11,277 nucleotides of DNA, taken from positions 1 through 11,277 of the forward strand of contig JAXMNT010000096.1 in NCBI GenBank assembly GCA_034670305.1, in the 5' to 3' direction. The translations under genes and the position numbers were made by a program. This DNA is from Deltaproteobacteria bacterium (GTDB taxonomy: Bacteria; Myxococcota_A; Polyangia; Polyangiales; Houyiibacteriaceae). Shown here piece after piece: positions 6,611-11,277 of this stretch. How positions within the stretch are numbered: position 1 is the stretch's first letter; each line of letters opens with the position of its first letter. The notes under the pieces are model-generated. The model ran no database searches, was not told where the DNA came from, and worked only from the letters and a program-made list of their open reading frames with translations.

Positions 6611-7324
6611 ATGCAGCCCGATGGCCATGAGGCTCGCCCCTCCTCTCTCCCCAGAACCCGCCGGATGGCGCCATTTGCGCTGCTCTTCGTGCTCGTCGCG
6701 GTGAGTGCCACCGCGCTGGCGGTGCCGGTGCGAGGCAAAGTAGAACTCGCCGCCCCGGCCGCTTCGGAGGATGAGGCGACACACGAGTTCTACTGGCGCG
6801 TCTGGAATGGCGTCGTCGATCCACGCCCCGCCCGAGCGGAGCCCCCGCGCGAACTCTCCGTCATCCTCGTCGGCGGCGCGGCCGCAGAACCCGTGGGCTG
6901 CAACCACAGCCTCCGCGGGGGCGACTTCATGCCGGAGACGATGGCAGTCCGACCCGGCACCGCGCTTCGGATCGAGAACCGTGACGGGTGTTCGCACGAG
7001 CTTCATGCCGAGGACATCCCCGACTTCCTCCCGCTCGCGACCTCACCGGGCAACACCCGCGACATCAACGTCCCGGAGGGCGGCCCGTACCACATCTCTG
7101 ATCGCCTCTACGCGCACGTGCGCGGCGTGGTCCACGCGGTAGAAGACCTCGCGGCCTGCGCGGCGGTCGGCGACGACGGCAGCTTCGTCTTCGAGGGCGT
7201 CCCGGCCGGCACCTACACCCTTCAGGTACTTCGCGGCGAAGAAGTCGCACACCAGGCGGAAGTCTCCGTGTCCGAAGGCGAACCCCTGACCATCGACCCC
7301 ATCGCCGTTGGCGCGGCGAACTGA
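6611..7324 (+). CDS. Secreted protein with cupredoxin-like and carboxypeptidase-regulatory-like (beta-sandwich) domains; alternative start 6665
   Basis: Signal peptide ...RRMAPFALLFVLVAVSATALA. FMPETMAVRPGTALRIENRDGCSH is a cupredoxin-like pattern. VGDDGSFVFEGVPAGTYTLQV is a CarboxypepD_reg-like pattern. Confidence 0.75.
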   Translation: MQPDGHEARPSSLPRTRRMAPFALLFVLVAVSATALAVPVRGKVELAAPAASEDEATHEFYWRVWNGVVDPRPARAEPPRELSVILVGGAAAEPVGCNHSLRGGDFMPETMAVRPGTALRIENRDGCSHELHAEDIPDFLPLATSPGNTRDINVPEGGPYHISDRLYAHVRGVVHAVEDLAACAAVGDDGSFVFEGVPAGTYTLQVLRGEEVAHQAEVSVSEGEPLTIDPIAVGAAN

Positions 7325-7333
7325 GGCGACCTG

Positions 7334-9046
7334 ATGTTTTCTAGATTCTGGTACCTCCTCGTCGCCGCAGTTGCCGGCGCCGGCATCGCGGTCGCCTTCA
7401 TGGCGCAAGACCGCATCAACGAAGCGTCGCAAGTGCGCGTCGACGATCAGCTCCGGCGCGATCGGATCGAGATCGAACTCTGGCTTCGGTACGACGCGCG
7501 TGCACGGCTCGACGACGTCGCCCCGATGGCGGCGCACAACGACGTGCGCACCGCCCTGTTTCAAGCGAGCGGTCGTCGGGACCGTTCGGAACTCTCCGCG
7601 GAGCTCCGCGATGGGCTCGGCCAGCGTCTCGCAACGCTGAACAACACGCTTCAAGAGGGCGCCGCGCAGCTCTTGTTCGCGGTGGACAACCAAGGCGAGA
7701 TCATTGCGCAGCTCGGTGGTTCGACGCCGCCGGCCGGTGCCGGTCTCGCGCACTTCCCGGTCGTGTCGCGCGCCCTCGACGGCTACGTCGGCGACGACAT
7801 CTGGGTCTACAACGACACCGTCTACCGGGTCGCGGCTCGGCCCGTCATCCAGGGCGGGCAGTACGTCGGCGCGGTCGTGCACTGCGCCGAGGTGAGTGAG
7901 ATCGTCACGCAGCGACTCGCCAGCCGTATCCCCGGCGCGCGCCTCGCGTTCTTCATGCGCGAGCGCACGTTCGCCATGGGGATGGAAGGACAGGTTCCGA
8001 ACGCCCCCGATCAGCCCGCGATCGAAGCGCTTCTGAACCAAGGCTTCGAGGACGAAGCGCTGGCGGAAGGCCACGCCACCGAGCCCGACACCATCGGAGC
8101 GGATGGGACCGGACGGGCCGTACTCTCCCTCGTCACCGGCACGGCTCGCCATGCGCAGGTCGGCTACGTCATCGCGCGTCCCAACGTGCAGATGACGACG
8201 CCCATGGCGCTCTTCACCGAAGACGCGGTGGGCGCCGTGAACTGGCCGCTGGCCGCCGGCATCCCGCTCATCTTCGGACTGCTCGGCATCCTCTTTCTCT
8301 TCTTGGAACGTGACCGACCGCTCCGCGCGTTCGGTCGCGCCACCCAAGCCCTCGGGCGCGGGGAGGTTCAGCGACTGGACGAAGCAGCCCTGAAGGGACG
8401 CTTCCGCGACGCGGCCACCCACATCAACGCGGCGCTCGAACGGTCCATGGCGGCGGGCGCTGCGGTGTCTCCGAAGAAGGCGAAGGATCTCGATGAGATT
8501 CTCGGTGCGGACGGGGGCGGGCCCAGCAGCAGCTCCTCGTCTCCCTACTTCGGCTTCGCTGGCGGGCAGGACAGCAGCGACGAAGTGCCCCCCGCTCCGC
8601 CGGCCGCACCACCGGCCGCACCCCGCGCACCGCTGCCCCCGGTTGGCGCGCCCCTTCCTCCGGTTCCAGCCGCGCTTCCGCCCACCCCGAAGCCTGCGCC
8701 CCCGACGCCTCCCGCCGCGCCTGCGGCGCCGCCCATGACACCGAACTTCGGTGACGACGACGACGACGACGGGGCGACGATGGTCGCGCAGGTCCCCGAC
8801 GAACTCTTGGCAGCGGCGGCGCAGAAGAACGAAGAGGACGCCCACTTCCGACAGGTCTTCGACGAGTTCGTGTCCATGAAGAAGACCTGTGGTGAACCCA
8901 CCGCAGGTCTCACCTTCGACAAGTTCGTCCAGACGCTGCGGAAGAACCGAGACACGATCGTCTCGAAGCACGGCGCGAAGAGCGTCCGGTTCACGGTCTA
9001 CGAGAAGAACGGCAAGGCCGCGCTCAAGGCCACCCCGGTCCGCTGA
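7334..9046 (+). CDS. MXAN_5187-family membrane protein (TM, Cache-like periplasmic region, TM, HAMP-like segment, Pro-rich linker, conserved C-terminal domain)
   Basis: N-terminal TM (FWYLLVAAVAGAGIAVAFM), Cache-like YRVAARPVIQGGQYVGAVV, second TM (WPLAAGIPLIFGLLGILFLFL), ERDRPLRAF HAMP-like start, P/A-rich linker, and C-terminal HFRQVFDEF...CGEPTAGLTFDKFVQTLRKN...VRFTVYEKNGKAALKATP. The family name is from recall, not a search. Confidence 0.8.
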   Translation: MFSRFWYLLVAAVAGAGIAVAFMAQDRINEASQVRVDDQLRRDRIEIELWLRYDARARLDDVAPMAAHNDVRTALFQASGRRDRSELSAELRDGLGQRLATLNNTLQEGAAQLLFAVDNQGEIIAQLGGSTPPAGAGLAHFPVVSRALDGYVGDDIWVYNDTVYRVAARPVIQGGQYVGAVVHCAEVSEIVTQRLASRIPGARLAFFMRERTFAMGMEGQVPNAPDQPAIEALLNQGFEDEALAEGHATEPDTIGADGTGRAVLSLVTGTARHAQVGYVIARPNVQMTTPMALFTEDAVGAVNWPLAAGIPLIFGLLGILFLFLERDRPLRAFGRATQALGRGEVQRLDEAALKGRFRDAATHINAALERSMAAGAAVSPKKAKDLDEILGADGGGPSSSSSSPYFGFAGGQDSSDEVPPAPPAAPPAAPRAPLPPVGAPLPPVPAALPPTPKPAPPTPPAAPAAPPMTPNFGDDDDDDGATMVAQVPDELLAAAAQKNEEDAHFRQVFDEFVSMKKTCGEPTAGLTFDKFVQTLRKNRDTIVSKHGAKSVRFTVYEKNGKAALKATPVR

Positions 9047-9087
9047 GACAAAGCAGAAGGGCTGGCGTCGTTTGACACCAGCCCTTC
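9047..9087 (-). terminator. Intrinsic terminator of the 6S RNA-like gene (may also terminate the convergent plus-strand operon)
   Basis: On the minus strand GAAGGGCUGGUGUC-AAAC-GACGCCAGCCCUUC forms a 14-bp stem. One pair is U.G on the minus strand but a C/A mismatch on the plus strand. It is followed by UGCUUUGUCU. Confidence 0.7.
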
Positions 9088-9091
9088 ATAG

Positions 9092-9280
9092 AGTCCTTAC
9101 CGCGTGGCCGTGGGAATCATTTGAGTCGAACCCCTACTGCATCAGTAGGTGGGAGCCGGGGCGCGTCGCTTAAGGCTTCCCGATGAAGCTAGCCGGGCCT
9201 GCACACCGCGGGCGCTTAAGCCCCCTGGTTAGAAAAATCAGGGATTCGTTTCTCCTCCTCACGGGCCCCTCAGAGGGACT
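9092..9280 (-). ncRNA. ssrS: 6S RNA (~189 nt)
   Basis: Rod-like fold on the minus strand: terminal AGUCC/GGACU, CCGUG/CACGG closing stem, central bubble (GGAGAAA / ACUCAAAUGAU), 9-bp CGAAUCCCU/AGGGGUUCG with a strand-specific U.G, and apical GGCCCGG/UCGGGAAGCC. Motifs GGUGUGCA, GGGAAGCCU, CCCACCU, GGUUCGA and CCACGGC are typical of delta-proteobacterial-type 6S RNAs as I recall them. It is flanked by a promoter and a terminator. Confidence 0.85.
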
Positions 9281-9285
9281 CCGCC

Positions 9286-9314
9286 ACGTTAACGATCCGA
9301 TCTGACGAGGTCAA
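9286..9314 (-). promoter_or_regulatory. sigma70-type promoter of the 6S RNA gene
   Basis: Minus strand TTGACC (9314-9309), 17-nt spacer, TAACGT (9291-9286). Predicted +1 at about 9280/9279, matching the 5' arm of the terminal stem. Confidence 0.75.
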
Positions 9315-9438
9315 TGCTGGCACGATTCTGTTTGGGGGCCTGCAAACCCCGTCGAGGACTTCCCCGACGTCGATTCGGATTGTCGATGCGGCGGTCCTCG
9401 GCGACCGCATGCGGCGGGCCTGGTAGCATCACCGCCGC

Positions 9439-11148
9439 ATGACGCTCGACGATCTTCACCGGGGCTTCCGTTCGGACTACCTCGACCACGCCACCCTCAC
9501 CGAACAACTGAAGCTCTGGGAGCAGACCTATCCCGCGCTGTGTCGGCTCGAGTCGATCGGTACGACGGAGGAGGGCCGCGACATCTGGATGCTGACCCTC
9601 GGGCGCGACCCCGACCGAATCCGTCCCGCGGTCTGGGTGGACGGAAACATGCACGCGGTGGAGCTCGCGGGGAGCAGCGTCGCGCTGGGCATCGCGGAAG
9701 ACGTGTTGCGGCTCCACGAGAACCCTGAGGGCGCAGGACTCTCCGCGCCGGTGACCGAGCGGTTGCTCGACGTGCTCTTCTACGTCGTGCCGCGCATCTC
9801 GCCGGACGGCGCGGAGGCGGTGCTCAAGACCGCACGCTACGTGCGCTCGGTGCCGCGCGACGCCCGAGTCGAGAACCAAGAGCCGCACTGGATCGCCGAA
9901 GACGTGGACGGGGACGGACAGGCGTTTGTGATGCGCAAAGTGGATCCCGCCGGCGAACTCGTGGAGTCGAAAGACATCCCCGGGTTGCTGGTCCCACGCA
10001 CGATCGACGACGAGGGACCGTTCTTCAAAGTCTACCCGGAAGGCCGCATCGAGAACTTCGATGGGCACACGATCCCGGACCCCTGCTACTTGGGCGACAA
10101 CGATCCCGACCTGAACCGGAACTTCCCGTTCGACTGGGCGGCCGAACCCAAACAAGCCGGCGCCGGCCCCTACCCGCTCTCCGAAGTCGAGTCGCGCGCG
10201 ATCGTGCAGACCGTCACCGCACGGCCGCACATCTTCGCGTGGCTGAACCTCCACACGTTCGGCGGTGTCTTCATTCGGCCGCTCGGAGATGGCCCGGACT
10301 CCAAGATGGAGCCGACCGATCTTGCGCTCTACCGGCAGCTCGAAGCGTGGGCAACCGAGTGCACTGGCTACCCGACCGTAAGCGGTTTCGAGCAGTTCAC
10401 CTACGTGCCGGAGACGCCGCTGCACGGCGACCTCTCCGACTATGCGTTCCGACAGCGCGGCGCGATCGCATGGGTGTGCGAGCTGTGGGACCTCTTCGAC
10501 CGCGTCGGGTTGCCCAAGAAGAAACGTTTCGTCGACCGCTACGGGCACCTCGAGACGGAAGACTTCGTGAAGATCGCGCGCTGGGATCTCGAATGCAACG
10601 AAGGCCGCAGCATGCGCCCCTGGACGAAGTTCGATCATCCGCAGCTTGGTGCGGTCGAACTCGGCGGCGTCGATCCGCGCTTCGGCATGTGGAACCCGCC
10701 ACGAGAAGAACTCGCCACCGTCATCGCGAATCAGTCGAAGCTCTTCTTCCGGATGGCGGCCCTCGCCCCGCGCCTCTGCATCGACGACGTGCACGTTGAG
10801 CGCAGCGGTGACGTCGCGACCGTGACCGCCACCATTCGCAACGACGGGTACCTCCCGACCTACGTCCTGGCGTCGTCCAAGGCCCTTCCTTGGAATCAGC
10901 CCATCTTCGTGGACGCAGCGGGCGAGGGGGTGGAACTCCTGGATGCCGCTCAGTCCCACCGCGAAGCAGGCCACCTCCAGGGCTGGGGGACCGGCCGCTT
11001 CAGCGGCGCCGGCGCCCTCTTCTTCCAGCGTACGCGCGGCACCGTCAGCGAGAAAGTCTTGTCCTGGACCGTCCGCGGCAAGGGCAGCCTGACTCTGGTC
11101 GCCGGCTCCGACCGCACCGGCTGGATCGAACACACGATCGAGATCTAG
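9439..11148 (+). CDS. M14-family zinc carboxypeptidase (569 aa, no signal peptide)
   Basis: ESIGTTEEGRDIW, DGNMHAVE (HxxE), VPRISPDG, DLNRNFPFDW, PYPLSEVESRA, LNLHTFGG (third Zn ligand) and VCELW (catalytic Glu region), plus a C-terminal Ig-like domain. Confidence 0.92.
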   Translation: MTLDDLHRGFRSDYLDHATLTEQLKLWEQTYPALCRLESIGTTEEGRDIWMLTLGRDPDRIRPAVWVDGNMHAVELAGSSVALGIAEDVLRLHENPEGAGLSAPVTERLLDVLFYVVPRISPDGAEAVLKTARYVRSVPRDARVENQEPHWIAEDVDGDGQAFVMRKVDPAGELVESKDIPGLLVPRTIDDEGPFFKVYPEGRIENFDGHTIPDPCYLGDNDPDLNRNFPFDWAAEPKQAGAGPYPLSEVESRAIVQTVTARPHIFAWLNLHTFGGVFIRPLGDGPDSKMEPTDLALYRQLEAWATECTGYPTVSGFEQFTYVPETPLHGDLSDYAFRQRGAIAWVCELWDLFDRVGLPKKKRFVDRYGHLETEDFVKIARWDLECNEGRSMRPWTKFDHPQLGAVELGGVDPRFGMWNPPREELATVIANQSKLFFRMAALAPRLCIDDVHVERSGDVATVTATIRNDGYLPTYVLASSKALPWNQPIFVDAAGEGVELLDAAQSHREAGHLQGWGTGRFSGAGALFFQRTRGTVSEKVLSWTVRGKGSLTLVAGSDRTGWIEHTIEI

Positions 11149-11172
11149 CGGGTCGCTGAAAAGCGACCTGCT
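11147..11172 (+). terminator. Hairpin right after the M14 stop (terminator or 3' stabiliser)
   Basis: AGCGGGTCGCT-GAAA-AGCGACCTGCT: an 11-bp stem with a GNRA loop but only a weak U-tract. Confidence 0.45.
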
Positions 11173-11206
11173 CCCTTGCCGTTGCCCTTGCCCGTGCCCT
11201 TGCCCG
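11173..11206. repeat. Degenerate 6-bp tandem repeat (CCCTTG/CCGTTG/CCCGTG)
   Basis: CCCTTG CCGTTG CCCTTG CCCGTG CCCTTG CCCG. Confidence 0.7.
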
Positions 11207-11277
11207 CGTCGTGGACGCCGTGTGTTTCGCGACGGCGAGGCGCGAATCGGAGCGCGATGCCCAGCGGACGAAGCCGC

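Noticed and set aside
9072..9280. Plus-strand orientation for the ncRNA, driven by TTGACA at 9072-9077
   Set aside because: There is no -10 at the correct spacing and the TTGACA is part of the terminator stem. The 6S motifs, G.U pairs, promoter and U-tract all favour the minus strand.
9317..9334. sigma54-like TGGCACG element on the plus strand
   Set aside because: The -12 position reads TT rather than the required GC at GG-N10-GC spacing.

Overview
GC-rich bacterial window with a myxobacterial (Myxococcota-like) gene set; the taxonomy is inferred from the CdnL sequence, a TIGR02266-type PilZ protein and an MXAN_5187-type protein. It looks like core chromosome: no mobile element, CRISPR array, tRNA or rRNA was seen. 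At the left edge is a Lys-rich histone-H1-like gene on the minus strand, truncated by the window and missed by the ORF track. The plus strand then carries an OmpA/MotB-type lipoprotein, cdnL (CarD family), an RNase G/E-family nuclease, a PilZ protein, a J-domain protein, a small very basic protein, pterin-4a-carbinolamine dehydratase, a DAGK-family lipid kinase, a secreted cupredoxin-like protein with an MXAN_5187-family membrane protein, and an M14 zinc carboxypeptidase. Two non-coding elements stand out. One is a stand-alone 6S RNA-like gene on the minus strand (about 9092-9280) with its own sigma70-type promoter and terminator. The other is a roughly 225-nt, four-domain structured leader upstream of cdnL. 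All calls come from reading the sequence by eye; no searches or folding programs were run.
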